IMG/VR virus record: IMGVR_UViG_3300032038_006501
Location: 7,889 to 71,888 of that record
Source of the DNA: a virus
Direction: 5' to 3' (one strand)
DNA: 64,000 nt
The notes beneath the pieces are model-generated. The model saw only the letters and a program-made list of their open reading frames with translations. It was not told where the DNA came from and did no database searches. This document shows, piece by piece, positions 1 through 12,664 of this stretch (within the stretch, counting starts at the first letter, position 1; each line of letters starts with the position of its first letter). Made by a program: the position numbers and the translations under genes.

Positions 1-979
1 GAATTGTAAATTCTCCTTCAATTAATGACGTATAAGTAACAATATCATAAGGATATACCTCATCAGGTCCTTGAATATATTGTACTGGGTCTGCAATTGT
101 AATTTCTTTTTCATATACAGTATCATTTGTAATATATTTAATTTTAAAACTGCCAATTGCACTTTCTAATATATTAATAGAACAGATTCGAGCATTTTGA
201 TAAGTATCTGTTAATATAGCTTTTGAATCATTGTCCGCAAGTACTCATTGACCAGACTCATCATAATAATTTGAATTAATCATATAGCTAATATTTGAAT
301 CTTGTTTAACTATATCTTGTCCAATAATTATATCGTTTTCATCTGCTATTGGAATAGAAGGTAAATCTTTATATTCATTAGTATAATCTTCTTTAACTAC
401 TAATTCAATAACTCCTGGAGTTGAAATAGAATCAACAGTTTGAACCTCTCAAGGTAATCCCGCAATATTAATTTTAGTAAATCTATGAAAATAATTTAAA
501 GTATTTTCATCCTTTTTAATATAGATTCTTCCAGATAAATTCATTTCATTTAAATTAATACTACGTTTTTGAAACCATCTAATATCAGTTTCAGTTGGAC
601 CTTGAAAATAAATTCAATAATTTTTATTATTAATATCAAGTTGATAACGACATCTTATAATTTGAGCTTTTAAATATGCCGTTTCTACCAAATCTGGAAG
701 AAGAATCATTCAATAAGTTTGATCATCTAAACATTGAAATACATCTCCAGGTTCAAGCTCACTACTAAAATCAACTGAAATTATTTTTTTATCATAGTCC
801 ATTTTAATATTATCAGTATTTATTAAACAATGAACTATTCTTTTTAATGGAGTTTTAATTCATCTACTATTATAATCTGAATCTAATGCTAAATGAAAAC
901 TCCATAATTTAGTTTGTTTTATCCGACCATTAGAATTTCCACCTCAATATTTTATTCTATTTTTTAAAGAATTAGACAT
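1..979 (-). CDS. structural-module protein, 3' partial (runs off window); contains about 6 in-frame TGA codons
   Basis: Continuous minus-strand frame from ATG at 979 when TGA is read as sense; no standard-code ORF in the track although the region is clearly coding. Confidence 0.4.
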
Positions 980-1280
980 TCTGCTTAATCCTATCTAAAA
1001 GGCTGCAACATTCAAATATTGTTCTTCTATAAAGAGTAAAATCAATATCTTGAGATACTTGTAGACCTTCTAGTTTAGAAGCACAAGTTAATAAATCTCT
1101 TTGGTCGGAAAAAAGACTACTCAACCCTAGTAATTCTATTATTAAGGTTTCTAAAGGCTTATGCCAATCTTTTTCTTCTTCCCGCATAGGAAGAAGTTTA
1201 AAAACTTGAGATAGAATTCTACTAAGATTTTCTTGTACTGTAACTGTATCTATATCAATATTATATTTTGTAATAGTCAT
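972..1280 (-). CDS. hypothetical protein (102 aa)
   Basis: ORF-track ORF. Confidence 0.5.
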   Translation of the reverse strand: MTITKYNIDIDTVTVQENLSRILSQVFKLLPMREEEKDWHKPLETLIIELLGLSSLFSDQRDLLTCASKLEGLQVSQDIDFTLYRRTIFECCSLLDRIKQNV

Positions 1281-1289
1281 TAGTCTTTC

Positions 1290-1756
1290 TCCTTCATAAT
1301 TAAATCGAAGGTAGACTCATAACTACCATCTACTCTTTTTCTTCTACGTCTATAAAGTCGTTGAAGATGAAAACCTCTTGTCTTATATTGCTCTTGAAGC
1401 TTTAAAAGTTTGTCAATATGACTTGCTTGACTTGTAAACTTAAAATCACTACCACTATATTTTTGTCGAATATTTTCAATACTAGCTAGCTGATAACCAA
1501 TTCATTCAACAATCATATATTGACGTAATATCATTTTTTCTTCTAAATCCAATAGACAAGAAAACTGAGCATTTTCTAGATCTACATTAAATATGTCTTT
1601 TTTAGGAAATTCAAAGTGTGGAATGGCTGCTAAAAGAATTTCTTGAAGAAGCTCTTCAGTATCCTCTTTTGTTAATTCCATAAACATATCATCAGTAATT
1701 CCCGCAAGGAAGAAATCATACATATCAGAGAAAGAAGTTACCTCTTCATCAGCCAT
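1290..1756 (-). CDS. hypothetical protein; N-terminal 84 aa in the track, continues through TGA at 1502-1504
   Basis: ORF 1502..1756 ends at TGA; the frame stays open downstream. Lower boundary approximate. Confidence 0.35.
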
Positions 1757-1765
1757 TTTTCCTCC

Positions 1766-2326
1766 TTAAACTTTTACTCTACGTCCCGTAGATTCTTCTT
1801 GTTTATTTTGTTGAACTCTACGACCATGCTTTTCTTCTTTTGGAGCATCAGCCGCAATAGCTCTTTTATTTTTTATCATATTTAAAACATTTAATCCAGT
1901 AGCTTTACTAATAGCTTCCATACGATTAATGTCAGAAATTTCAAGTTCAACTGCTCGATTGACTAATCTATTTTTAATTGCTTTTGGAGCAAAGTCAAGA
2001 GCATCTAATAATGTGTCCATGCTCGCAGTAGTTAATGCGGCATCAATATCTTCATCAGTTCAATTATATTCTATAGTATCATCCCGCACACCAAATTCAC
2101 GAGCAAGAGCTTTATTATCTACTCTAAGGTAATTTTGAAGTAAAACTTTTCCTCCACGATCATAAGATAATTCTCTTAATTCACCAGCTTTAATTTTAAA
2201 AGTAGCTTTTGGAGGAAATTCTCTTTCAATTCCTGTTGGTGTTTTATAAGAAACTACAGAATCCGAAAGACTAGTTACTGCAACAACCTCATCATCAGGA
2301 ATAGCAGTCATATCTACAATTGTCAT
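1766..2326 (-). CDS. hypothetical structural protein (about 186 aa, one in-frame TGA)
   Basis: Track ORFs 2060..2326 and 1766..2020 are in the same frame and joined by a TGA codon. Confidence 0.5.
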
Positions 2327-2403
2327 TTTATCTCCTTATATCTCCAAAAAATAATAGGGGAAGAGAGTCTCGCTCAATCCTCCCCTACTTTTATAAATTA
2401 AAA

Positions 2404-3450
2404 TTAAACAGTCTTAGTAAGACTGGTATTTACATACTGAGTAATTGCAGGATTAGAGAATACTGCGATACCAAACTTTTTGTAGGTCTGCATATCAGTT
2501 GACCAATCATCATTATCTGTGATTGTACGAACCATTGTTGGACCTTCAAAAGCAAGTTTAACTGGTTTTTCAGTTCCAGAAGGAATGATGTAGCACTTAG
2601 AAGGATCAATAACTTTTTCTTTATTTGTTTCATCTAACATAGATTGACGAAGAATAAGAATATTGTGTCCTAAATAAGTAGCAAAATATCCCTTATTCCA
2701 AAGAGTAGATTTCATATCATTGGACATACGAGAATCAGCAGGAACCATTGTACGAGCAAATTCTTCTGTACAAATGATAGTTGAATTTCCACCATTATAA
2801 GAATCAGAAATTGTTAAAAGCTTATTAAAAGCAGCAGGATTAAATACATTATTTGTATAAACGTTATTTGGATTAGTTGTGCTATCAGGAAGTACTGAAT
2901 CTAAAGCTTTAGCAATTTCCTCATAAATATAATCATCCATACCCTCAAGGATAATTTCAGTTAAATCAGAGAATTGAATGCGACCATCAAGGAATTCCTC
3001 AAAACCAATACGGCAAGCGGAACCAATAGCACTCATCTGAACTTCTGTCTCACGTCCATCAAGCATGAATGTCTCATAACGACCAGCTAGACCGACTTTA
3101 GTAACAAAAGTCTTAGCACGCTTCTTAGAAGCTTCAGTAATACGCTGACGGAATACAGCTTTATCACCTTGAGCTACAATGCGGATATCAGCAAACTGAC
3201 CATACTGCTCCATAACGCGATTAGGAAGAATATCATCAATTGTCTCTTCAATTAGTTCAAAGATTTGATTTTTATTCTTACGGAAACCCTTATAGTCAGG
3301 AGCTAATAGATTAAATTGAGCACGAAGAGCTGAATTAACATCCTCTGCGGAAAAGCTCTCTTCTCCCTGATTAGTGGAATAAGTTAAAGGAGTTTTATGA
3401 GCAGCAGCAAAAGCAAGTTTCTTTAAATCATTAAAATCCATAAGTTGCAT
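2404..3450 (-). CDS. putative major capsid protein
   Basis: 348 aa ORF immediately downstream of the scaffold-like and portal genes in a canonical head-module order; no TGA. Confidence 0.5.
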   Translation of the reverse strand: MQLMDFNDLKKLAFAAAHKTPLTYSTNQGEESFSAEDVNSALRAQFNLLAPDYKGFRKNKNQIFELIEETIDDILPNRVMEQYGQFADIRIVAQGDKAVFRQRITEASKKRAKTFVTKVGLAGRYETFMLDGRETEVQMSAIGSACRIGFEEFLDGRIQFSDLTEIILEGMDDYIYEEIAKALDSVLPDSTTNPNNVYTNNVFNPAAFNKLLTISDSYNGGNSTIICTEEFARTMVPADSRMSNDMKSTLWNKGYFATYLGHNILILRQSMLDETNKEKVIDPSKCYIIPSGTEKPVKLAFEGPTMVRTITDNDDWSTDMQTYKKFGIAVFSNPAITQYVNTSLTKTV

Positions 3451-3471
3451 TGTCTATTTCCTCCCTTCCAA

Positions 3472-3978
3472 TTAAACAGAGATTACTTGTAGTTTAACAC
3501 CAGGTTGTCCATCAGGCATTGTATAAGCCTTTACAACCTGAAGAATTAGACCAGTTGTAGCAGCATTATCAAGTTTAAGAATACCACTAGCATTAGGAGT
3601 AACTTTATCTCCTTCTTGATAAGTACCATCAACTAGATTGTTTGTAGTATAAATATCGCCAACAACAAGACGGAATACACGAGGTGTCATTATACCATCA
3701 TAGAAGTCTGTCTTTTTCATGATATAATCACGATGCATTTGATGACGTTCATCATAAAGTTTTTCTTCATTAAAGACCATCATTAAAGGACCATCACCAG
3801 TTAAAGTGACTTTACCAGCAGCGTAATTATAGTGTACAAATTGTCCTTGTGAAAGTTCTGTAATTGTACTATCAGCAGGAAGTTGACCATAAACTCCACC
3901 ATTACGAGGTGCGGAAAGATGATTAGGTTCAACTACTGGATAGCCAATTGTATTTCCAATTGTAACAGAGTTAGCCAT
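3472..3978 (-). CDS. hypothetical head protein (168 aa)
   Basis: ORF-track ORF located between the scaffold-like gene and the capsid gene. Confidence 0.4.
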   Translation of the reverse strand: MANSVTIGNTIGYPVVEPNHLSAPRNGGVYGQLPADSTITELSQGQFVHYNYAAGKVTLTGDGPLMMVFNEEKLYDERHQMHRDYIMKKTDFYDGIMTPRVFRLVVGDIYTTNNLVDGTYQEGDKVTPNASGILKLDNAATTGLILQVVKAYTMPDGQPGVKLQVISV

Positions 3979-3997
3979 CTTTAATCCTCCTTAAATT

Positions 3998-5383
3998 TTA
4001 TCGTTTTACTAAACGGAGAACTGATAGAAGTGAATCTTCAGCATCTTCCGCATTATTTGTATTATCTAAAGAGAAAGACATTAGAGGAGATTCTTCCTCG
4101 ACTTCTTCTTCTTTCTCTGGAAGTCCATCAACAGTTGAAAAATCTACATTCTTACGAACATAAATAAGAGCTAATTTCTCTTCAATTTGATCAAGAGAAA
4201 ACTCTTCTTTATGAGCAATAATATCTGCCTTATCTGCATCTGTAAGCATATGATATTTAGCAATTAAAGCATCTTTTTGCTGATTTTCAAAAGAAAGTTT
4301 GAAAGCTCGAAGTTCTTCAAGCTCTTTTTGAATAGCAGAAAACTCTTCTACAGAAACAGTATGTTGCTCAAGATTCTTTTTACCTTTATCAACATCTGAA
4401 TTAGTTCCTTCATCATTTTGTTCTAATTCTTCATCATCATCTTGATCATCATCATCATTTTGATCATCATCATCTTGATTATCATCATCATTTTGTGTAT
4501 CATCTTGAGAATCTGTAGTATCATTCTGATTATCGGTGTCATTGCCATCTCCGGTGTTATCACCACCGTCTCCGCCGTCTCCACCATCATCAAATTGAGT
4601 TTCTACAAATTGAGTTTCAATTTCTTGTTTTGTTTCAACTTCTTTTTCTTCAAATTGAGTTTCTTGATTATCGTTCACTGTCACCCCTCCTTTACTGTAT
4701 AGAGTTTGATTTAATTCTTGTACCATAGCGAACAATTTAGCAGTAAATTCACTATCCTTAGAAAATTGATTCTCTACATCAGTAATAGAGGCTCCTTCAA
4801 AACAAGGTTCGACATTATCTCCAAGAATACACAATTTGGAAAATACCGCATCATTAATTATAAAAAATTCCATTCCTGAGTTATTGTCTGTTGCCCAGTG
4901 ACCTTCTAAATTTTTATTATCTAATTCCATAGATTGACCTTTACCCTCATCAATTACTTGTTGAGCTTCTGGGTATTGATCTACTCATAGATAACCAGTT
5001 GTTAAAAGATATTCTCTTTCAATTTCATTGCCAAATTCATCTGTATCAGTAAAAGTTTGAAACCAAATGCGAGCATCTGGAGCTACAAAACCATAAGGAA
5101 CAGTTTTACAAGAGAAATGAATTTCTCCATCTTCTATAGTAATTACATCTCCATGATCGCCAAAATCTTCTTTATCTTTAAGATAAGCTCCAACAATTGG
5201 GCATCCCCGCAAAGTTTTTGACATTTCAAGAGCTGCATTCTTATCAATATATGAACCATTACGATTTTTACCGAGATAAAATACTTTAATTTGACATTGG
5301 GCCATTAGAGGATTGATATCAAGTGGAGTTAACTCGATAAACTCCGGATCAGCAATTGTTTTAATTGATCTATTATTATTCAT
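3998..5383 (-). CDS. putative scaffolding-like protein; acidic low-complexity (DGGDGGDGGD..., D/N/Q-rich) plus a coiled-coil C-terminus
   Basis: Track ORFs 4985..5383 and 3998..4930 are in the same frame and joined by TGA; strongly acidic repeats. The 4442..4702 plus-strand poly-Ile ORF is a mirror artefact of this gene. Confidence 0.45.
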
Positions 5384-5391
5384 CTACCCTC

Positions 5392-6936
5392 CTAACCTTC
5401 TGCTTGTTCATTTCTAATTGTTTTATCTGATTTTTCACTTTCTGGTAGTTCTGGTCTGCCAGTTTTCTTTTCAGATTCTCCAGCTTTAGGAGCCTCTTTA
5501 GCACTCATCGTTGAGGACATTTGAGGTGGAATAAATAATTCATCTAAATGCATCATTCCATTTTCAAAAATAGCAGTAGCAATAATACTACTTTGAGTTT
5601 GTCCAAGAGCAACTTGAGGAAGAAGCTTAGAGAAACCAATTGTAGTTTGCTCTTTATAGAGCTTAGATAATTCTTTATAATTATATCCTGTTGTTGGAAG
5701 AATTTGAACACGATACATTAAACGCTTTTTATTTTTATTAAATGGTTTTAATAAATCTTCTGCATATTCTTCAAATTGATAAATTAAATCAAGAACACTT
5801 GATTCATCATTTACAATAGACTTTTCTAATGCAACATTTCCATCTGCATTAAATTGTAACTGAGAAACACCAGCCTCATTATACACACCACGTTCAACTT
5901 TTCCAAGTTGATCAACAGAACTTACATTATTGCGGTCTGCCATATCTGCAACCTCTACATCTGCAAATGTTGACAAGACTCGCACACCAATAGACTCACC
6001 AACCATACCTACTGCATTATTATGAAGAGTTTGTACTTCATCAGTATCAAAAATTAAATCTCCATTTTTGTCTATTGGGAATTTTTGAATAAGAATTCTT
6101 AAAATTTGTTGTTCCATTTTTTTCTTATCTAAGTCTTGCATATCTTGTAAATCCAAGAGCTTAGGAATAACTGGGAAGAAAATAGGGACATCAGAATTTC
6201 CCAAATTAAATTTAACAGCTTTTGTGCAATCTAAAAGAAATCAACCTATATCATCATTTGATGTATCTCTTGGTAAGGCTCCTTTTTTATAAGCAATATA
6301 AGCTTTTTGAAATTCTTTAGGAAACATTTTTAAAATTTTTATACGATATTCATTATTTGATGTTAAATCATCAAAATATTTGACATTAAATTCTATTGCG
6401 GGACGACCATTTCATTTATATCTACTACGGCAATATTTAGGTGGTAATTCTTGAAGAAAAACCGCATCTTTTTGTTCTAATTTATAACCATAATAGCATC
6501 CATTTTTAATTACTTTTAAAGCAATTTCTGAAAAACTTTTCTTTAATCTTGAATTTTCAAGTAAAACTGCGGCTTTAAGCCATCCTTCAATAACTTTTTC
6601 ATCTTTTATTTTATTATCATATCTATTAGGTGTAATAAATCAGTCATATCTAAATAAGGTAGCGAGATATTTACATAATCTTTGATAAATACCATTTGAT
6701 CTATAAAAATAATCTGAGATTAATCTTAATGTTTCTAAATCATTTTTTTCAATAGCTCTTTCAATTTTTTCTCTATCATATTTCTTTTTGCGGGAAAGGC
6801 TATCAAAATAATCTAAATTTGAAACAACGTCATCTCTTAAAATTGATTTACCAACTTTAATTTTATTAAAATTAGCTTTCTTTTTTGGGGTAATTATATT
6901 AAAATCTCTGGTATTTATATTTCTTGTATAAGCCAA
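5392..6936 (-). CDS. putative portal protein (about 514 aa, several in-frame TGA codons)
   Basis: Track ORFs 6640..6936 and 5392..6204 share a frame and the interval between them is open when TGA=W. Size and position (after terminase, before scaffold) fit a portal protein. Confidence 0.45.
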
Positions 6937-7013
6937 ATTTATTTACACCCCCTGTCTATTTAATACCCAGCAGCATTAAAAATATAATCATAAGAAATTT
7001 TATTCTCATCATA

Positions 7014-7397
7014 TCATGGAATTGCTACCAATTTTAATCCATGTTTATCACAATACTTTCTTTTAGCTAGATCATTGTATTTTTGTCTTTGTAAACCTAA
7101 TCTTCCACCAAATTTAGGTATTGCTTTATAATGCTGTCTACCTTGAAATTCTATTAAAAAATCTATGTCCCCATCATCTGTAAAGACACAAAAATCAAAT
7201 CTTAAATGACGACCTGATTCTGCAATCAAATCGTCAAATTCATATTCTTCAGCAAATGGAATGTCATTATCTGAGAGTATATTATATATTTTAACTTCAC
7301 CTGCGGAATCTCTCATTATAAATTCACTCCTTAATACATATTTAACTTTCAATTTATAATAAAAATTAAACAAACTAAATAATTCTTTTTTGCCCAA
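7014..7397 (-). CDS. DUF559/Vsr-like PD-(D/E)xK endonuclease (putative free-standing homing endonuclease)
   Basis: Motif DIDFLIEFQGRQHY...GG...LQRQKYND is paralogous to the C-terminus of the gene at 55369..56172 (IIIEYDGEQHFKYND). Confidence 0.55.
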   Translation of the reverse strand: MGKKELFSLFNFYYKLKVKYVLRSEFIMRDSAGEVKIYNILSDNDIPFAEEYEFDDLIAESGRHLRFDFCVFTDDGDIDFLIEFQGRQHYKAIPKFGGRLGLQRQKYNDLAKRKYCDKHGLKLVAIP

Positions 7398-7744
7398 AAA
7401 TTTTAAGAAAAAAGCATTAATTTAGATAAATCTCTTTTCTTACGACGAGCACCTTTATCTTCTTCTAACTTACACCAATACAAACCATAAATTACACATT
7501 TCTGTAGACTATATCTTCATAATATATTTTTTATATTATGAGCCACCGCTTCGGAATAAGGACTTTCACCTTAAACCTACTCCTTTTCAGGATAGTCGTT
7601 GCACCTTCCTATTAAAAATAGGCTTGGCACAGGATTCTTTTAATTGGTTGGCTTAATCCCAATTAAACATTCCCTGTTAGCAAATAATTAAATAATTATT
7701 CACACCCAATATTTATTGGTTCAATGGCTAAGCGCCAATATAAT

Positions 7745-8576
7745 TTAAATAAATATGATATTTTCTATTCAATCGAATAGAATCATTTGTATCTTTATAC
7801 ATCTGTTCAATAATAGAATTAACTATAAAACGACTATTACTTCTTAGACAATATGTAGTTGGAGATTTGATATTACGCTCTAAAGACGTTTTAATACCAG
7901 TAATTTGAGCAATTTCTGTTAATAAAGTTTTACTTCCCGTAAAAGTAATAACTAATCTATCTTTTTTAATTTTATTTTTAATATAATAAAAACCGCCATC
8001 TCCATCAAAATATCCTCTGATAAAATCCCATATAAAGATTGAATCAATATTTGGAATATGTAAATCTAAATGGTTTTTTTGAGGTTTACACCCTCACTTA
8101 ATTAAATCATCGTGAATTTGTTTATCTTTAATACTAAAAGAATAAAAATTACGAGTTAATTTATTTTTATTTTTGTCTGGTTTTAACACTGTTATTTTAT
8201 GATTATTTGCTCCAAGAAAATTTTTAAATTTTTCAACATGTTCACCATCTGAAAGACCTAATGTAATTTCGTTACTATTGAATGAAACTTTTCCATCTGC
8301 AAACATCATACCGAGCCAATAAGCCTTTTCTCTAGTATCTATATTGTTAAAGATATTTTCATAACGAGGATAGTTATGTTTATATCCTTGAGTTTTTACC
8401 TTTCGTTGATGTAATAATCGTTTAATAGATTCATATTGTACTTTAAAACGACGCCCCAATTTTTTCATGGAAGTACCGTTTTCATACTCTTTGATAATAT
8501 AATCAATTTGATCTTGTGACCAAATAATTCGACCATTATATTTATCATTTTCACGTCGAATGGTGAAGTCTATCAT
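7745..8576 (-). CDS. LAGLIDADG homing endonuclease (two motifs: LGMMFADG and GYFDGDGGF; the second lies after an in-frame TGA)
   Basis: ORF 8094..8576 plus read-through of TGA at 8094-8096; N-terminal HTH-like region. Confidence 0.6.
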
Positions 8577-8578
8577 AT

Positions 8579-9238
8579 TTATCTCCTTATATTATTTTTA
8601 TTTGACGCACTAAATTTGTCTTTTTTAATTTTTCTTGTTGCTTGTTTGAGAATAATATTTAAATTTTCAGTTTCTTCAATTAAATTTAACATTTGTTCTC
8701 TAAGAATTGAAGTCATTACATATGGCTGTAAATAAGCTGCTCTTTCTCCAGCTGTCATTCGCTTTGACTGCGCTTGTCCCGCAAGTTTATTTTTAGCTAC
8801 ATTTTCATCAATTAAGAATCTAATTTTACCTGCGTTTAATTGACTTTGACAATAAGCATACATTTCTGTATTTAATGGAGCATTAGCTTTCATAAGATAC
8901 ATTGCTTTTGGGATAGTATCTTCTGTTTCAAACTTTTTATATTTACCTTCATCATCGTTATAAACTCCAAGATTTGGTAAAAACTCTCCTGTGTCAGGAT
9001 CCGTTTGATCTGTGATCAAAAAATCTACAAGACCTGTGCCTAAGCCGTTGGCATCGATAACAGCTATTTTACAATGATATTGTTGATATATTCGTTTAAT
9101 TTTAATTGCCTGTAATCCAAAATGTTCTTCATCAAAACTGTAAAGATTTACTACTTCCTTCAAAGGGACACCTGTTCGTGCTGGAGCTACTTTAATAACA
9201 ATTACTTCACTAGTACAACCATGACGTCCTACGTCCAC
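8579..9238 (-). CDS. terL: terminase large subunit, exon 2 (RNase H-like nuclease domain; IAVIDANGLGTGLVDFL)
   Basis: Nuclease-domain motifs; separated from the ATPase domain by about 1.2 kb carrying an HNH ORF. Confidence 0.6.
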   Translation of the reverse strand: MDVGRHGCTSEVIVIKVAPARTGVPLKEVVNLYSFDEEHFGLQAIKIKRIYQQYHCKIAVIDANGLGTGLVDFLITDQTDPDTGEFLPNLGVYNDDEGKYKKFETEDTIPKAMYLMKANAPLNTEMYAYCQSQLNAGKIRFLIDENVAKNKLAGQAQSKRMTAGERAAYLQPYVMTSILREQMLNLIEETENLNIILKQATRKIKKDKFSASNKNNIRR

Positions 9239-10442
9239 CCCAAGAGCATAGTAAGTAGAAGGATTATTGCGTTTATTGGGCTCTTTCTCTGGTAGCTGAA
9301 GAGTGCGACGTTTGTCGATTCTGTCTGGATCGAAGAACGCTCCTTCGACAGCTCCTGCTCACAGACTTTCTACATATCTTATTAGTATTCTATACTACTT
9401 CAATTTTCATTGAAGGTGAGACTATATCATCAGCGTATCTTCATATAAAACCGTTATGTGTTTTAAGTCCTCCTCGGCAACAAGCGCTAATATGTCTATG
9501 ATTAGAGTGAGTAGCTCTTGCTGCTTGACCACAAGATGGATATTCAGCTAAAAATTTACCATCTAAATTGTATTGATATACTCTTTTAGCTTTTCCTGTG
9601 TTTTTATAAGTTTCAACATCTCCTAATACTGGAGAATGACTTCAATAAAACCCACCAGATAAACCTGGCTTATTCTTTCTTAATTGCTGTTCAATACAAC
9701 TCATGGAAACTTTAGAAGCATTACTAGCTTCAATTAAAGTTTTATATTCTGCAACTAATTTTTTATCAGGAGTAAAACAAAAAATATGTTTATAACTTCT
9801 TAATTCTGTTTGAATAGCATGTTGCTGATTTTCAGATTGAGTAACTCATTCTAGGTTATCAACATTATTATTTAAAACATTTCCATCTTTGTGATTAACT
9901 TGATTTTTATTTATTGGATCATCATTTGGAATGTATGCTGTTGCTACCAATCTATGAGCATACATTCTTTTTTTAGTACCATCAGGTAAAGTTAAATTAT
10001 AACTATGATACTTATTTTTACAATTAGATTGACCTTTTAAATATTTACCAGTTTTTTGATTAAAACACTTACCATCTTCGGTAATATAATAATTGGTACT
10101 AATATTATTTACAACAATTTGTTTCATAATAATAACCTTTCTATTATACGCAGTATTGCGCTAATTCTCGCATTCGAGAATTGTTAGTCGTTGAACCTTC
10201 TCCTATTTAGAGCTTGGCTGCTGATTGTCCAATCTATTTAATTTTCAAACATTCACGCTTAATTTTATTTCATATTTACGTTGTAGTTTAAATAGCTTAA
10301 GGAGTTTCCAGCAATTCACAATATTTAAAGAGTACGAAAGCATGTCATACTCTCGTTCAAAACTTGCTTCATTAAACGTACCGTCCATACGAAGATCGGC
10401 CACGAAGTTACGATTAAGTAGTCCTTCCATAACAGGAATTCG
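9239..10442 (-). mobile_element. intervening sequence in terL, probably a group I intron carrying an HNH homing endonuclease ORF
   Basis: The two terL halves are in different frames with stops at the junctions. GC-richer, structured-looking sequence flanks the HNH ORF (for example 9240-9420 and 10140-10240). Confidence 0.45.
9390..10127 (-). CDS. HNH (AP2/NUMOD-type) homing endonuclease
   Basis: ...NQVNHKDGNVLNNNVDNLE then TGA then VTQSEN: the canonical NLEWVT..EN motif is restored if TGA=Trp. Lower boundary approximate. Confidence 0.6.
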
Positions 10443-11253
10443 TCAAGATCCACCAAGAATAATAGCTTTGTCAGGGTCTACCGCAGATTGACAAAGAATT
10501 TGAATTAATTTATCATAACTGAAAGTATTCTTATAACCGGCCGTTGTAATATATATCTGACTTTGGTTAAGAGATTCATTAGGATCGACAAATCCATTTA
10601 CTCTTCGTTCAACGTTCATCAATGGAAGAATAACCTCGTTAAGAATATCTTGGTCAATGCCAACTACCTCTTCCATTAATCCAGCTTGGAAACGTTGTCC
10701 ACGAGTTTTTTCACTTGCTGCAACATTTTCAAGAGAGGAACCATTTTTAAAAGTATAAATAACACTATCTCGTGTTGTACGAGTTTTAGCTTTAATAATA
10801 CTTGTTTTATTATTAGTACGGGTATCCCAAATAATTTCATTAGCAAGTGCCGGAATTAAACGGCATAGCTCATCGACCTTTGCCTGAAGAATACTTGCAC
10901 TTTGCTCTTTACCACCAGCTACAGTAAATATTCGACAACCAGGGTATAAAATACACTTAATCATTAAACAAAGAACTGCCAAAAATGACTTAGAAAATGC
11001 TCGGGGAAATGTGCAAAAAGTATATTTATATCTCATGACTGCCCGCAAATAAACTCTTTGATAATAAAAGAAATGAAAAGTATTATCTGGATTTAATGAA
11101 CACAAATAATCTACAAAGATATCAGGGTAACAACGTCAAAAAGAAATTAACTCTTCTAATTGTTTTTTATCTTGACGAATACGCTCACGATCAACGGCTT
11201 CCCGCACCTGCTTAGATTCATTATATTCTAACAAGTCTTTAAGAGCCATTATT
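10443..11253 (-). CDS. terL: terminase large subunit, exon 1 (ATPase domain; deviant Walker A FPRAFSKS; Walker B GLMEEVVGID)
   Basis: ORF 10443..11105 extended upstream through a TGA to ATG 11253. Confidence 0.55.
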
Positions 11254-11254
11254 A

Positions 11255-12653
11255 TCACCTCTAACTTGAGCAAACACTTGTTCAGTTTCAGAAGCAATCA
11301 TATCATCTAAATTATTAGTTCAAAGTTCAGCTTCTAATTCTCCATCATCTTCTTCTTCTTCAACATAAGCAGATTGAGTTAAGAGAGCATCATAATTTGC
11401 ATCAGCTTCTTTTTGAGCTCTTTCAGATTCTTCAAGTTTTTGAATATAAGATTCAATAAGGTCACCAAGACCCATTTCATTCTTAACAAGATTACGAGTA
11501 TAAGCTTGCATATCTTTTAATGTAAAATCAACTTTATCTTCTTTAGCATCAATACCTGGTCTAAATTGGTCAATAAAAGTACCAGGTTCTAATTCTCGTT
11601 CAACAGCAGCTACTAATTCCCCAACAGAATCAATGTAAGCTTCTTGTTCTTCTTTGTTTTGAGCTTCTGTAAATTTTGCTGATTTCCGCAACTGATCAAG
11701 AACTCCTGCTAAATTCTTATAAGAAGTAAAATCTTCTATTTCAAGAGCTTTATCCATTTTAATAGATGTGCGGCAAATCTTCTTTAAAGCTTCCTCACGG
11801 TCAACATTCATTTCATAAGTACTAGTATACTTATTATAAAGATTTTCCATCTGTACTCATTCTGAAGGAGTAAAAGAAGCACCTCATTTAATAGTAAGAT
11901 ATTTAATATCTTCACTAGTTAAACTATTTTTAATTTGCATTTCATTTTCATCTATTGTGGTAGGCATATAACTCATCATAGTATCAACTGCGTTCTGTAA
12001 AGCAGCTTCTTCTTTTTTCTCTTGCATTTCAGCTATTTGCTGTTGGACTTGATGAAAAGCTTGTTTCTTACTTAATTTTTGTTTAGTTGCTTCGTCTCAA
12101 TCATGATCTTCTGGAGAAGCTTTATCTAAACCAAGTAATATTTTTTCTTTCTTAGTTGCTGTTGCCCCAAGAGGCTCATGATAAGCCATTAAAAGCTGAT
12201 TATCCCCTGTTAGTGTGCGGTACTGTTCAAGTGTTATTTCTCCCGCATCTAATTTAGTTTTAAATTCAGCTTTCTTTTCTTCAGAAACAATATTATCTCT
12301 TCCATGAATATTTACCCAATGTTCTGTAGCTGCATCACTGTCCGCATAACGCCATTTTCTTCAAGGATTCATATTTGTTGTGCGGATATAGCGACCAATT
12401 ACGGATTTGTTAGAAAACGTTCCAGGATTACGAAGGTAAGCAGCCTGAGCAACAGATACTCATAAAGGTTCTATATATGGTACATCAAATTCTTTTAAAA
12501 TTCAATCAAAAGTTGATGGATCATCATTTTTAATATAAGTGGTTAAACAATCTTTACAATAATTGAAACGAGTACCGTCTTTCTTTTTAAAGAAATTTGT
12601 TTCAGGTATCACTCGTCCGCATTTTTGACATGTCATTCTTTCTTTTGTAGCCA
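11255..12653 (-). CDS. hypothetical protein with N-terminal Zn-ribbon (CQKCGRV...CKDC) and acidic C-terminus; about 7 in-frame TGA codons
   Basis: Contains track ORF 11320..11850; continuous frame when TGA=W. Confidence 0.4.
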
Positions 12654-12664
12654 TTTATTTTTTT

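Noticed and set aside
4442-4702. ORF-track plus-strand 86-aa poly-Ile ORF
   Set aside because: It is the mirror image of the acidic GAT/GAC-rich repeat of the minus-strand scaffold-like gene, and has no independent coding signal.
9239-10442. Intein in the terminase gene
   Set aside because: The insert is not in frame with the flanking exons. It contains stops and carries its own start codon and a free-standing HNH ORF. That pattern is intron-like rather than intein-like.
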